Assembly: GCA_049516355.1 (NCBI GenBank)
Contig: JBEKTF010000004.1
Coordinates: 1,931-65,930, forward strand
Direction: 5' to 3'
Source: Bryobacteraceae bacterium
Lineage (GTDB): Bacteria > Acidobacteriota > Terriglobia > Bryobacterales > Bryobacteraceae
Length of the DNA: 64,000 bases
The notes below the pieces were generated by a model, which saw only the letters and a list, made by a program, of their open reading frames with translations, did not search any database and was not told where the DNA came from. A program made the translations under genes and the position numbers. Shown piece after piece: positions 26,101 to 36,196 of the stretch; position 1 is the first letter of the stretch; each line of letters opens with the position of its first letter.

Positions 26101-26176
26101 GGCGCAGGCGAAAACGCCTACTCCACGACGAAGAATCAATAGCTTGCAAGACCGTGGAGTAGGCCTTTTGGCCTGC
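26101..26176. repeat. minimal copy of the MITE-like repeat (two inverted ends, short spacer)
   Basis: GGCGCAGGCGAAAACGCCTACTCCAC (26101-26126) and GTGGAGTAGGCCTTTTGGCCTGC (26154-26176) are mutual reverse complements and match the ends of copy A. Confidence 0.6.
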
Positions 26177-26212
26177 AACTTACTTTTTCAGCAGCGTGTT
26201 AAGGCTGGAGTG

Positions 26213-26848
26213 TTAAGGCTGGAGCGGCAGAGTAGCTTTACCAGCGGGGCCGGTGTAGACCAGCTCGACGGAATTCACTTTGCCCCGATGTTCGAAAAAC
26301 AGCAGCCCTGCCGTGGGAAGAGGGCGTTCCCCTTCCGGCATCGATGCCCTTTGCGCTTTTTTTTCCATCGCGCGTTGTAACTCGATGGGCATGTGCACTA
26401 CGTGCGGCAGGACACTGGGATCCTTCTCGGCGCTCTGTCCGATCATGGTTTTCGATCCCTTGGCCTCAGGATCTTCCGGCGGTACCCAATAAGGATCTTT
26501 CAGCGATTTCAATACCAATCCATAGGGCTGGCTGGGGATAGGCGTCTTCTTGCCATTGACGCGCAGGGAAAAGTCTCCGGGAGATAACGTGAGCTTCGCG
26601 CCGGGCGGCCCGAACAAACATGTCTCGACCACAACATAATCTTCCGTGGTCAGGGGACCTTCGGGAGTAGGAAGGGAGTGGGCGGCGAACTCGGCCGCAA
26701 TCGTCACCATCCCCACTTTGGCCTGCGCCTGATAATCGGCGGGTGTCGCGCGGGGCGGCAGGTTCGGGGCGTCTTTATTTGGCGCACCGTTTTGCGCACT
26801 CAGAGCCAGACTGGCGACCAAAACCACGAAGGCGGCTTTATGAAACAT
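26213..26848 (-). CDS. secreted hypothetical protein
   Basis: Signal peptide MFHKAAFVVLVASLALSAQ (start moved to ATG 26848). No recognisable domain. Confidence 0.6.
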   Translation of the reverse strand: MFHKAAFVVLVASLALSAQNGAPNKDAPNLPPRATPADYQAQAKVGMVTIAAEFAAHSLPTPEGPLTTEDYVVVETCLFGPPGAKLTLSPGDFSLRVNGKKTPIPSQPYGLVLKSLKDPYWVPPEDPEAKGSKTMIGQSAEKDPSVLPHVVHMPIELQRAMEKKAQRASMPEGERPLPTAGLLFFEHRGKVNSVELVYTGPAGKATLPLQP

Positions 26849-26960
26849 AGAATGTCGCATAACTTCTCGAATCAGCATAGCAGGACTCCCGCAGGTGCGT
26901 GTATGGACGCAACGGAATCACCCGAATACGCATCAAATTAATGGAAAGGTGGTTCGGATC

Positions 26961-26978
26961 TGTGGCTGATCAGCCACA
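26961..26978. promoter_or_regulatory. perfect 18-bp palindrome TGTGGCTGATCAGCCACA in a divergent promoter region
   Basis: Self-complementary over all 18 nt. Lies in the markedly AT-rich 26879-27070 spacer between two divergent genes. Confidence 0.45.
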
Positions 26979-27070
26979 AGGGCCTTTTGTAAAAAGTAAG
27001 ATAATTTACAATATTATCAATTACTTGCAAAGAAAGTGCCAGATCCGAATCTAACAAATTTATTATTCCT

Positions 27071-28492
27071 GTGTCATACTCATTAGACGAGACGGTACCC
27101 CGAAGAAAAATGACGCAGTTGGACGAGGCGATATCCCGGTATCACCGGATTCTTGAGTCTGAGCCCTACCGCGACCTGCGGTGGGTCAAGAACCTTCAAG
27201 AGCAAATGGAAGCACGGCAGCTATCAGCTGGCGGCCGTCTTCTGTGTCCGTTCCTCAGGCCGAATTTTGTCACCCAGAAACAATACGACAATCTGGTCAA
27301 AACCGGCGAAGCGTTGATTTCGGCTGTCGATCGGATGCTGCGCGCGGCGCTCGCATCCCCGCAATTGCTTTCCCGCATGCAGCTTTTCCCGGCTGAGAAA
27401 ATGCTGGCCGCAATCGATCCCGGATACGAGATGTCCGAGGTATCCGCCCAACTCGACCTGCAGATCCAGAACGGGTCCCTGCATGTAATGCAGTATAACG
27501 CGGACGCTTTGACGGGCGCGGCATGGTCGGAAGGGCTGTCGGATCTCTTCTACGATTGCCCGCCGGTGAAAGAGTTCCGGCGGCGGTATAACCTCACGCG
27601 CGTGGGCGGCAAGAAGCCCTTTCTCAGCGCGCTGCTCAAGGCCTGGAAGATGTTCGCGGCGGGCGGGGCATCTGTGAACGGACATGGTTCCAGGCAGAAG
27701 CCGAATATCGCGATTCTCGAATTCCGCGATCCCACCGGGCGCAGCGAATACGAGATCTATCGCGATTACTTCCGCGCGGAAGGTTTCGAGACCGAACTGG
27801 TTTCGCCGGAGCAATTGGAATATCGCAACGGCGTGCTGCGCAGCGGCAATTTTGAGATCGATCTGATCTATCGCCGCATCAGCGCGCAGGAGTTCCTGCT
27901 GCGGTTCACGCTGAATCATCCGCTGGTGCAGGCGTACCGCGATCACGGGGTTTGCATCGTGAACAGCTTCCGTTCGGAGCTTTCGCACAAGAAGGCGATG
28001 TTCGCGCTGCTGACCGACGAAACGCTTACCGCGAAGTTCCCGATCAACGAGCGCAAAGCCATCCGCGAGCATGTGCCATGGACACGCGTGGTGAAGACGG
28101 GGAAATCGTCCTATCACGACGAAGTTATCGAAGATCTGCCGGAGTATATCAAGCAGAATCGCGAGAAGCTGGTGCTGCGTCCGAACGACGAGTACAGCGA
28201 CATGCATAGCTTCATCGGGTACGAGCACGACGAGGGTTCGTGGGCACGCGCAATCCGCGAGTCGCTGCGTGCGCCTTACGTGGTGCAAGAGCGCGTGAAA
28301 CCGGTGCGCACCGTGTTCCCGCTGATGAACTACGGGCATCTCGAATTCAAAGAGATGCAGGTGGACGTGCAGCCGCAGGCGTTCCTCGGCAAGGTGGCCG
28401 GGTGTTCGAGCTACGTGTCGACCTCGGGTCCGGGGAGTTATTCGCCGGCTTCGGGTTTCACTCCAACTTTCATCATCGATTCGAAGGTGTAA
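27071..28492 (+). CDS. ATP-grasp-superfamily-like enzyme (circularly permuted / glutathionylspermidine-synthase-like), function unknown
   Basis: 473 aa, GTG start (alternative ATG 27110). Blocks NSFRSELSHKKAMFALLTDE, LVLRPNDEYS and YVVQERVKP resemble the ligase core of these families. The assignment is tentative. Confidence 0.45.
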   Translation: MSYSLDETVPRRKMTQLDEAISRYHRILESEPYRDLRWVKNLQEQMEARQLSAGGRLLCPFLRPNFVTQKQYDNLVKTGEALISAVDRMLRAALASPQLLSRMQLFPAEKMLAAIDPGYEMSEVSAQLDLQIQNGSLHVMQYNADALTGAAWSEGLSDLFYDCPPVKEFRRRYNLTRVGGKKPFLSALLKAWKMFAAGGASVNGHGSRQKPNIAILEFRDPTGRSEYEIYRDYFRAEGFETELVSPEQLEYRNGVLRSGNFEIDLIYRRISAQEFLLRFTLNHPLVQAYRDHGVCIVNSFRSELSHKKAMFALLTDETLTAKFPINERKAIREHVPWTRVVKTGKSSYHDEVIEDLPEYIKQNREKLVLRPNDEYSDMHSFIGYEHDEGSWARAIRESLRAPYVVQERVKPVRTVFPLMNYGHLEFKEMQVDVQPQAFLGKVAGCSSYVSTSGPGSYSPASGFTPTFIIDSKV

Positions 28493-28539
28493 AGGAACCG
28501 GCGGCGCAAGGCGACCACCGGCGTTCCCATAGCTGAGCT

Positions 28540-30018
28540 CTAAGGTTTTTGAGAAACCGAGTCGGGGCGCCAGCGCAGGACTGGTTTGCGGGCGGCAGTT
28601 ACTTCATCCACACGCGTCGTCCGGGTCAAGTGCGGCGCAGTTGATACCAGTTCCGGGGTTTCCTCAATCTCTTTCGCGATCGAAATCATCGCATCGATGA
28701 AGAGATCGAGCTCCTGCTTCGATTCCGTTTCTGTCGGCTCGATCATCATCGCGCCGTGCACGATCAGCGGGAAGCTGACGGTGTACGGGTGGAAGCCGTA
28801 GTCGATGAGACGCTTGGCTATATCGGCAGTGCGAGGGTGGCTGAAGACGACTTCGTGCATGTTCGGCCGGTCGTACGGGAGATCGTAATACGGCTGCAGC
28901 TTGTGGCGGATGTAGTTCGCGTTGAGAACCGCATCGACGGTGGCATTGCGCAGGCCGGGGCCGCCGTGCGCGAGGATGTACGCGAGCGCACGGATCAGCA
29001 CGCCAAAGTTGCCGTAAAAGGCCTTCATCTTGCCGATGCTCCGCGGACGGTCGTAATCCCAGGTGAGAGCGCCGCTGTTCAGCCGGGCAAGGCGCGGCGT
29101 GGGCAGGAACGGAGCGAGATGCTTTTTCACCGCCACGGGACCACCGCCCGGACCACCACCACCGTGAGGCGTGGAGAACGTCTTGTGCAGGTTGAGATGG
29201 ATCACGTCGACGCCGAAATCTCCCGGTCGCGCGATGCCGGCAAGCGCGTTCATGTTCGCGCCATCCATGTAAACCATCGCGCCTTTCGCGTGCAGAATCT
29301 CCGCCGCCTGGACGATGTTCTCCTCGAAGACGCCGAGCGTGTTCGGGTTGGTGACCATCAGGGCCGCGACGTCTTCATCGACCAGACGGCTCAATTGTTC
29401 GAGGTCGATCATGCCGTCGGCGTTGGATGCGATATTTTGCATCGAATAGCCCGCGGTTACGGCAGTGGCCGGGTTCGTGCCGTGCGCTGAATCGGGCACG
29501 AGAATCCGCTTGCGCGGGTTGCCGCGTGATTCCAGCAACGCGCGCACGAGCAGAACTCCGGTCAATTCGCCGTGCGCTCCCGCGGCGGGTTGCGTGGTTA
29601 CGGCATCGAGCCCGGTAATCTCACACAGCGCCGCTTCGAGTGCCGCGAATACTTCCATCGCGCCTTGCGACAAGGATTCGGGCTGATAGGGGTGAGCCCA
29701 GGCCAGGCCTTCGAGGCGCGCTACTACCTCGTTGATGCGCGGGTTGTACTTCATGGTGCACGATCCCAGCGGGTACATCCCGAGATCGATCGCATAGTTC
29801 CAGGTGGAAAGCCTGGTGAAATGGCGGATGACCTCGACTTCGCTGAGTTCGGGGAATCCTTCGATCGCCTGACGCACGTTGGCAGTACCGAGAGCCTGGG
29901 CTGGATCCACGTCAGGCACGTCGAGCGGCGGCAGTTGATAGCCGATCTTGCCGGGTGAACTGCTTTCGAAAGCCAAGGCTTCGTTTTGCGTGATGTTGGA
30001 ACGAACCTTTTTGATCAT
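28540..30018 (-). CDS. gcvPB: glycine dehydrogenase (aminomethyl-transferring) subunit 2
   Basis: [11 protein letters not shown] and the PLP-lysine region [18 protein letters not shown]. 4-nt overlap with gcvPA. Confidence 0.92.
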   Translation of the reverse strand: MIKKVRSNITQNEALAFESSSPGKIGYQLPPLDVPDVDPAQALGTANVRQAIEGFPELSEVEVIRHFTRLSTWNYAIDLGMYPLGSCTMKYNPRINEVVARLEGLAWAHPYQPESLSQGAMEVFAALEAALCEITGLDAVTTQPAAGAHGELTGVLLVRALLESRGNPRKRILVPDSAHGTNPATAVTAGYSMQNIASNADGMIDLEQLSRLVDEDVAALMVTNPNTLGVFEENIVQAAEILHAKGAMVYMDGANMNALAGIARPGDFGVDVIHLNLHKTFSTPHGGGGPGGGPVAVKKHLAPFLPTPRLARLNSGALTWDYDRPRSIGKMKAFYGNFGVLIRALAYILAHGGPGLRNATVDAVLNANYIRHKLQPYYDLPYDRPNMHEVVFSHPRTADIAKRLIDYGFHPYTVSFPLIVHGAMMIEPTETESKQELDLFIDAMISIAKEIEETPELVSTAPHLTRTTRVDEVTAARKPVLRWRPDSVSQKP

Positions 30019-31325
30019 GCGAACGCCCCAGCCACCGTATCCATGTCGGCGCGCTTTGTCATCTCGGTGGCACAGAGCAGCATGGCATTACCTAGCTCCG
30101 GATAGAACTTTCGCAACGGCAGTCCGCCGATAATCCGCCGGTCGAGCAGGCGCCGGTTGATTTCTTCGGACGCGTTGGCCGGGGACGCAACGAACTCATT
30201 GAAATAAGGGCCGCTGAAAAGCGGTTTAATCTTCGAGCCCAAATAATGCGCCTTGGCCAGATTCTGCGTAGCGAGTTCGCGCAGCCCCTGCTTGCCGTAA
30301 AGCTCCATGAAGACGGTGGCCATCAGCGCGATCAATGCCTGGTTCGTGCAAATGTTCGACGTCGCCTTTTCGCGCCGTATATGCTGCTCGCGCGTGGCGA
30401 GCGTGAGACAGAAAGCGCGGTTGCCATTGGAATCGGTGGTTTGTCCGACGAGGCGGCCGGGCAATTGGCGCACGAATTTTTCCTTCGATGCCATGATTCC
30501 GGCGAACGGTCCGCCGTAGCTGGGCGAGATGGCGAACGATTGCAGTTCGCCCGCGACGATATCGGCATCCCGCGGCGGTTCGAGGATGCCGAGCGATACG
30601 GCTTCAGAAAACGTGAACACCAGCAACGCCCCACTCGCATGCGCCAGCGCGGCGGCTTTGTGCGCGTCCTCGACTATGCCGAAAAAATTGGGCGATTGGA
30701 TGATGACGCAGGCTGTTTTGCCGTCGAGCCTGGCTTCCAGATCCGCCAGATCGATCTGGCCCGAATCGGCATCGTAGCCGACCTCGTCTACCTGTGTACC
30801 CAGGTTTTTCGCGTAAGTACGCAGAACTTCGCGATATTCGGGGTGGACAGATTTCGCGATCAATATGCAATGCCGCCCCGTCACGCGAATCGCCATCAAG
30901 GCCGCTTCCGTCATGGCGGTGGACCCGTCGTACATCGAGGCGTTTGCCACGTCCATGCCGGTCAACTGGCAGACCATCGTTTGAAACTCGAAGATCGTCA
31001 TCAGCGTGCCCTGTGAGATTTCCGATTGATAGGGTGTATAGGAAGTCAGGAATTCGCCGCGTGATACGACTGTGTCGACGACAACGGGCCGGTAGTGGTT
31101 ATATACGCCGGCGCCCAGAAAGCTCGGGTACCCCGCCGCGTTTTTCTCGGCAAGGGATTTGAAATAATCGACGATCTCGTATTCGGAAATACCCGCGGCG
31201 AGGTTCAACGGACGGTGCAAGCGCGCGTTGTTGGGAACCTGCGAAAACAGTTCCTCGAACGAACTGACACCACAAGCCGCGAGCATCTCCTGACGCTCGG
31301 AATCGGATTTCGGAAGATAGCGCAA
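30015..31325 (-). CDS. gcvPA: glycine dehydrogenase (aminomethyl-transferring) subunit 1
   Basis: [27 protein letters not shown] and [13 protein letters not shown] motifs. 436 aa. Confidence 0.92.
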   Translation of the reverse strand: MRYLPKSDSERQEMLAACGVSSFEELFSQVPNNARLHRPLNLAAGISEYEIVDYFKSLAEKNAAGYPSFLGAGVYNHYRPVVVDTVVSRGEFLTSYTPYQSEISQGTLMTIFEFQTMVCQLTGMDVANASMYDGSTAMTEAALMAIRVTGRHCILIAKSVHPEYREVLRTYAKNLGTQVDEVGYDADSGQIDLADLEARLDGKTACVIIQSPNFFGIVEDAHKAAALAHASGALLVFTFSEAVSLGILEPPRDADIVAGELQSFAISPSYGGPFAGIMASKEKFVRQLPGRLVGQTTDSNGNRAFCLTLATREQHIRREKATSNICTNQALIALMATVFMELYGKQGLRELATQNLAKAHYLGSKIKPLFSGPYFNEFVASPANASEEINRRLLDRRIIGGLPLRKFYPELGNAMLLCATEMTKRADMDTVAGAFA

Positions 31326-31327
31326 GC

Positions 31328-31714
31328 CTATTTTTCCGTCCCTATGTAGGTTTGATAATCAGCGGCGGTAAGAAGACTGCCAAGGTCGGTTGTTTTTTCA
31401 ACGCGGATCTTGATCAGCCAGGCTGCGCCGTGGGGGTCTTCGTTGAGTTTTTCGGGCGCGGAAGCGAGGGTCTCGTTGATTTCAATCACTTCGCCGTCGA
31501 GGGGAGCATAGAGATCGGAGACGGCCTTCACCGATTCGACCGAGCCGAACGCTTTTCCGGCTTCCACCTTCGCGCCCACCTTCGGCAGATCGACGTAGAC
31601 GATGTCGCCGAGTTCGTTCTGAGCGTGGAAAGTGATGCCGATGGTTGCGGTACCGCCTTCGAGGTGAACCCATTCGTGCTCCTTCGTATAGCGGTAATTC
31701 TCGGGATAGGTCAT
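31328..31714 (-). CDS. gcvH: glycine cleavage system H protein
   Basis: YTKEHEWV.., lipoyl-lysine motif [14 protein letters not shown]. 128 aa. Confidence 0.92.
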   Translation of the reverse strand: MTYPENYRYTKEHEWVHLEGGTATIGITFHAQNELGDIVYVDLPKVGAKVEAGKAFGSVESVKAVSDLYAPLDGEVIEINETLASAPEKLNEDPHGAAWLIKIRVEKTTDLGSLLTAADYQTYIGTEK

Positions 31715-31722
31715 TGTCTTCC

Positions 31723-32823
31723 TTAAATTTTCCTCCTGTAAAAAGGAGTCGGGACGGTCTCAGCTTCGACCGCCTGGTTACGAACCACAACTTCAATTCT
31801 CTCGCCGGGCCTGGCGTGGCTGATGGGCAGGTAGCAGAGCCCGAGGTTTTTGTTCAGCGTGGGCGAGGGAGAACCGCTCGTGACCCAGCCCGCCGGTTTG
31901 CCATCGATCAGCACTTCGTATCCATCGCGGCCGATCCCGCGGCCCCGCATTTCGAACCCGGCCAGCTTGCGCGTGAGGCCTTTCGCAAGCTGCTTGCGGA
32001 GCGCGGCGCTGCCGATGAATTCGCCTTTATCGAGCTTGACGATCCAGGCGAGGCCGGCTTCGAGCGGCGTGATCGACGCGCCGATTTCGTGTCCGTAGAG
32101 CGACATCCCGCTTTCGAGCCGCAGTGTATTCCGCGCGCCCAGACCGGCGGGTTTGATGCCGAACGGCTGGCCGGCTTCGATGATTGCATTCCATGTGCGG
32201 ACGGCGAACTCCGGGGCGAGGTAGATTTCGAATCCGTCTTCGCCCGTGTAGCCCGTGCGCGCGATGCGGGCCGGAACCCCCGCGAATTCGCCGTCGACAA
32301 ACCAGTAGTATTTGATCTCGGCCAACGGGACTGCAGTCAGGAGCTGCGCGATTGCCAGTGCTTTCGGGCCCTGGATGGCAAGCTGCGCGTACTTGTCACC
32401 GGCAAATTCGACATCGCAATCGAACTTGTTGGCCGCGCGAATGTGCTCGAAATCCTTGTCCTGATTCGAAGCGTTGACGCAGATGAAGTAAGAATCGTCG
32501 GCGACTTTGTGCACGATGATGTCATCCACAAACCCGCCGTGCTCGTAGAGTAGGCCCGAATATTGCGCCTGGCCGCATTTCAGACGGGAGGCGGCATTTG
32601 TCGTGACGTGGTCGACCAGTTTCAGCGCTTCCGGTCCGCGCACTTCGATTTCGCCCATGTGGCTGACGTCGAACAGCCCGGCGGCTTCGCGGACGGTTTT
32701 GTGCTCGTCGACGAGGCCGGAGTATTGCACGGGCATCTCCCAGCCGCCGAAAGCCACCATCTTCGCGCCTGCCGCGCGGTGAACGTGGTACAGGGGCGTG
32801 CGCTTCAGGGCGGCGCCTTCCAT
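31723..32823 (-). CDS. gcvT: glycine cleavage system aminomethyltransferase T
   Basis: RTPLYHVHRAAGAKMVAFGGWEMPVQY, FDVSHMGEIEVRG. Confidence 0.92.
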   Translation of the reverse strand: MEGAALKRTPLYHVHRAAGAKMVAFGGWEMPVQYSGLVDEHKTVREAAGLFDVSHMGEIEVRGPEALKLVDHVTTNAASRLKCGQAQYSGLLYEHGGFVDDIIVHKVADDSYFICVNASNQDKDFEHIRAANKFDCDVEFAGDKYAQLAIQGPKALAIAQLLTAVPLAEIKYYWFVDGEFAGVPARIARTGYTGEDGFEIYLAPEFAVRTWNAIIEAGQPFGIKPAGLGARNTLRLESGMSLYGHEIGASITPLEAGLAWIVKLDKGEFIGSAALRKQLAKGLTRKLAGFEMRGRGIGRDGYEVLIDGKPAGWVTSGSPSPTLNKNLGLCYLPISHARPGERIEVVVRNQAVEAETVPTPFYRRKI

Positions 32824-33110
32824 TATTGCGCCGGGACGATCGATGCGACGTTGAGTTTATTATCGGGGCCGGGGGTGCCCTTGACGACGACTTTCTTCCC
32901 GATGTATTTGGCAGGGGTTTTCTGATCGCTTAACAGCCAGGCGTCATCACCGGATTGCAGCGTGTATACCGGGCTTTTGTTGATGGGGCACTGCGTGGCG
33001 CAATTCGGGCCCACGCAACGGTTGTCGTGGATCACGCCCGTGAAGGTTTTCCGCGCGCCGCCGGCCATGCACAACCCGGCTAGCGCGACGAGTAGAGCGC
33101 ACCTTTTCAT
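32823..33110 (-). CDS. small secreted Cys-containing protein, first gene of the gcv operon
   Basis: Signal peptide MKRCALLVALAGLCMAGG. Four further Cys (CVGPNCATQCP). The stop overlaps the gcvT ATG (TAATG). Confidence 0.6.
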   Translation of the reverse strand: MKRCALLVALAGLCMAGGARKTFTGVIHDNRCVGPNCATQCPINKSPVYTLQSGDDAWLLSDQKTPAKYIGKKVVVKGTPGPDNKLNVASIVPAQ

Positions 33111-33150
33111 GCGTTTTTATTGTAGCGTTTTCGCTTGCAGGCAAAATTGA

Positions 33151-33566
33151 TTGAGAACAAGATACGGTGTTTCGCACGATACCTCCGTGCCCGATATCTC
33201 CGATTCAACCGGCAAATGGGAAGTGCAGCTCCGCAACGGCTGCATCGAACTGGCCGTGCTCGCGAGCCTCTGGGATGGCAGGCTTTACGGCCTCGAAATA
33301 CTGCGACGCCTGGAATATTTCTCAGGCCTGACCGTGTCGGAAGGCACCATTTATCCTTTACTCGGCCGTCTTGCGGTGGCGGGGTGGGTCATGCGGAATG
33401 GCAGGAAACGGCTCTGGGGCATCCCCGCAGGTATTACACGCTGACCGCGGGAGGCAAGGGCCGCATACGGGAAATGTCCCGATTGTGGTCGAAATTCAGG
33501 GGAAACATCGATCAGCTGCTGGTTCCGGTGGGAAAGGCACTCTTACAGGAAAGAGCGCCGCCGTGA
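33151..33566 (+). pseudogene. PadR-family transcriptional regulator interrupted by a frameshift
   Basis: The frame of 33151 gives the wHTH (IELAVLASLWDGRLYGLEILRRL..SEGTIYPLLGRLAVAGWV) and then stops. The frame of 33135 continues with the canonical AEWQETALGHPRRYYTLTAGGKGRIREM. The two frames join near 33390-33393, with an apparent loss of 1 nt. Confidence 0.6.
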
Positions 33567-33584
33567 AGTTACTAAAATATAAGT

Positions 33585-35030
33585 ATGCGGCACACATCTC
33601 GAGCCCTCCTGTTCATTCCTCTCACGGCGCTCATTCTCGCCGCGCAACAACCCGCGGAACGCGTGGCCGCATTATCCGCATCGAAGGATTCGCTTCACGC
33701 ACTCAGCGACTCCATTGAAGCGCTTTCTCGCACCGTTAGCCTGGCCGTCGTGCAGGTGTTTTCGACAGGATATTCCCTGGCCGACAACGAGGAATCCGGC
33801 GATGGTACCACTACCGGGTTGGTAACGAAGCAGCGCAGTTCGGGCTCCGGAGTCGTGCTGAGCCCGGATGGCTATATCGTGACTAACAATCACGTGGTCA
33901 GGAACGCGCGCCGCATTCGAGTGCAACTGGCGTCGTTGCCCGACGAGGCTGGATCCGCGCACCCGCAGCTCCACGCGCACGGAAAATTGCTCGAAGCAAA
34001 AGTGGTGGGGGTCGATCGGGAAGCGGATCTGGCGGTTATCAAGGTCGAGCCCGGAATGCCGTTGCCCACCTTGAAGCTGGCCGATTCGGACGGTCTTCGG
34101 CAAGGTCAGATCGTCCTCGCGTTCGGCAATCCTCTGGGTCTTGAAAACTCCGTCAGCCTCGGCATTGTGAGTTCCGTGGGGCGTCAGATCAAGCCGGACG
34201 ATCCGATGGTCTATATCCAGACCGACGCCCCGATCAATCCCGGCAACAGCGGCGGACCGCTGCTGGATTCCGACGGGAACGTGGTCGGGATCAATACGTT
34301 TATCCTTTCGCAATCCGGCGGCAGCGAGGGAATCGGGTTCGCCATCCCCAGCAACATCGTCCGGAACGTGTATGAACAGATCAGGAAGGACGGGCACGTT
34401 CACCGCGGGGAAATCGGGGCAACGGTGCAAAGCATTACCCCTGAACTCGCGGCCGGACTGGATTTGAAGCAGGATACCGGTGTGATCCTTGACGATGTGA
34501 CGCCGGAAGGCGCGGCGGACAAGGCGGGACTGAAGCCTGGCGATATTGTTCTCTCGCTGAATAACCGGCCGATGTTGAACGCGCGCGAGTTTGAAACCGC
34601 GCTCTACAGCATCGCGCTGAATCAGATGGTCGACATCGAAGTGCTTCGCGGCAGCCAGAAGGTTCCGGCCAGGGTAACCGTGTCCGAGCGCGAGGACGAT
34701 CCCTTTCGCTTTTTGGACCTGGTCAAGCCGGAAGAGAACCGGGTCTCGAAGCTGGGGATTGTGGGTGTTCCGATTACACAGGAGATCGCAAGATTGCTGC
34801 CCGACACGCGGAAGCAATACGGGATCATCGTGGCCGCCCGCACCGGCGATTCCGATTATTCAGGACAGGGCGGGCTCAAGTTGGGCGATGTGATTTACAG
34901 CGTCAACACCACGCCGGTCGCGACGCTCGAGGCGCTGCGGAACGCGGTGGATCAACTGAAGGCCGCCGATCCGCTGGTGATGCAGATTGAACGCGATGGC
35001 GCGCTCATGTACCTGACACTCAGCGAATAA
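33585..35030 (+). CDS. DegP/HtrA-family periplasmic serine protease with PDZ domains
   Basis: GSGVVLSPDGYIVTNNHVV (His), DLAVIKV (Asp), NPGNSGGPLLD (Ser), followed by two PDZ-like regions. Confidence 0.9.
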   Translation: MRHTSRALLFIPLTALILAAQQPAERVAALSASKDSLHALSDSIEALSRTVSLAVVQVFSTGYSLADNEESGDGTTTGLVTKQRSSGSGVVLSPDGYIVTNNHVVRNARRIRVQLASLPDEAGSAHPQLHAHGKLLEAKVVGVDREADLAVIKVEPGMPLPTLKLADSDGLRQGQIVLAFGNPLGLENSVSLGIVSSVGRQIKPDDPMVYIQTDAPINPGNSGGPLLDSDGNVVGINTFILSQSGGSEGIGFAIPSNIVRNVYEQIRKDGHVHRGEIGATVQSITPELAAGLDLKQDTGVILDDVTPEGAADKAGLKPGDIVLSLNNRPMLNAREFETALYSIALNQMVDIEVLRGSQKVPARVTVSEREDDPFRFLDLVKPEENRVSKLGIVGVPITQEIARLLPDTRKQYGIIVAARTGDSDYSGQGGLKLGDVIYSVNTTPVATLEALRNAVDQLKAADPLVMQIERDGALMYLTLSE

Positions 35031-35041
35031 TAGCCAGGCTC

Positions 35042-36175
35042 TCAATACCCGAGCTTGATCGTTCCCTGCTCCATCCCGTTCACCGTGCCCTTGCTTAACC
35101 ATTCGAGCGACGCCTGGAACAAGAGCAGATGATTCTTCTCCCACATGGCGTTGTGCGATGAGCATGCGAGGTCGATGAAAACTTTTTGCTTCGATCCCAG
35201 ATCCGCGTAGAGGCTCCGCACTCTTTCCGGGTCCACCTGCTTGTCATGCTGCCCGGAGACCGCGAGCGTCGGAATATTCATCTTTGCGACCACCGCGGAA
35301 GTCCAGCCCCAGTTGGTGACTTGCGGCGCGCGGCGCACACCGGTACCCCACGTCGCGCCGACCGGATCCGACTCGACCATCGCCGACCAGACGGCGTCGC
35401 TGGCCGCCGGGTCATACTGGCCGGGACAGCCGACCTGCCGGTCCCAATTCGCGGTGAACTCGGCGTGAGATTGGGTGGTCATCGCAGCCCCGTTCGCGGG
35501 CAACTCGGCCGGGGGATTCGCCGCTGTGTCGCGACTATAAGCCGGGGCGAGCAGGACCAGCTTGCGCACCTTTTCCGGATGCTGCGCCGCGTATCCCGCT
35601 GCCCTCGGACCGCCCAACGACCAGGCGAAAAGATTCACTCGCTCCACGTGTCGCAAGGCGAGAAGGTGATCCACAACGGCGCCGACATCGTGCCAGTCCG
35701 ACGCGATGGTGGTCATTTGCCGCGGATAAGACGGCGCGCAAGGGGCGGCGAGCAGCCCCGGTACGAACGTGAGTTGCTGTTCGTTCGACAGATTGCACGG
35801 GTCGTTCATGGCGGCGGGACGCGTGGAACGGCCATAGCCGGTCGTGTCCATCGCGAACACGTCGTAACCGGCTCGCGCGAGATAGCCCATCCAGCTGTAA
35901 TCCTGATGAGGAACGTCGAAAGCGACTTCGGCCGGCGTGCCTGCGCCGTGGACGAATAACACGACCCTGTCGCCCAGCGCCCCCTCGCGCAGGGCCGTTC
36001 CTGCGCGCACGACCTCGCGAATGTATATCTGCGTTGTCTGGCCGCTGATCGCGGGAACGGTGGAGTTCACGCGAACGTAATGATCCACGCTGAGGAGCCG
36101 GCCGCCGTCGTCGCTGAAGAGCGCTCGTGCGGCGATCAGCGCAAGGATCGAAAAAGCCAGAGCAGGCGTTCGCAT
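35042..36175 (-). CDS. secreted alpha/beta-fold hydrolase
   Basis: Signal peptide. VLFVHGAGT oxyanion region. Nucleophile elbow FAWSLGG. Confidence 0.7.
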   Translation of the reverse strand: MRTPALAFSILALIAARALFSDDGGRLLSVDHYVRVNSTVPAISGQTTQIYIREVVRAGTALREGALGDRVVLFVHGAGTPAEVAFDVPHQDYSWMGYLARAGYDVFAMDTTGYGRSTRPAAMNDPCNLSNEQQLTFVPGLLAAPCAPSYPRQMTTIASDWHDVGAVVDHLLALRHVERVNLFAWSLGGPRAAGYAAQHPEKVRKLVLLAPAYSRDTAANPPAELPANGAAMTTQSHAEFTANWDRQVGCPGQYDPAASDAVWSAMVESDPVGATWGTGVRRAPQVTNWGWTSAVVAKMNIPTLAVSGQHDKQVDPERVRSLYADLGSKQKVFIDLACSSHNAMWEKNHLLLFQASLEWLSKGTVNGMEQGTIKLGY

Positions 36176-36196
36176 CCCCTCAGTGTATGCGAGTTT

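Noticed and set aside
33111-33150. Glycine riboswitch upstream of the gcv operon.
   Set aside because: Only ~40 nt are available before the divergent PadR gene, and no GGAGAG..CACCG..CTCTGGAGA-type aptamer core is visible.
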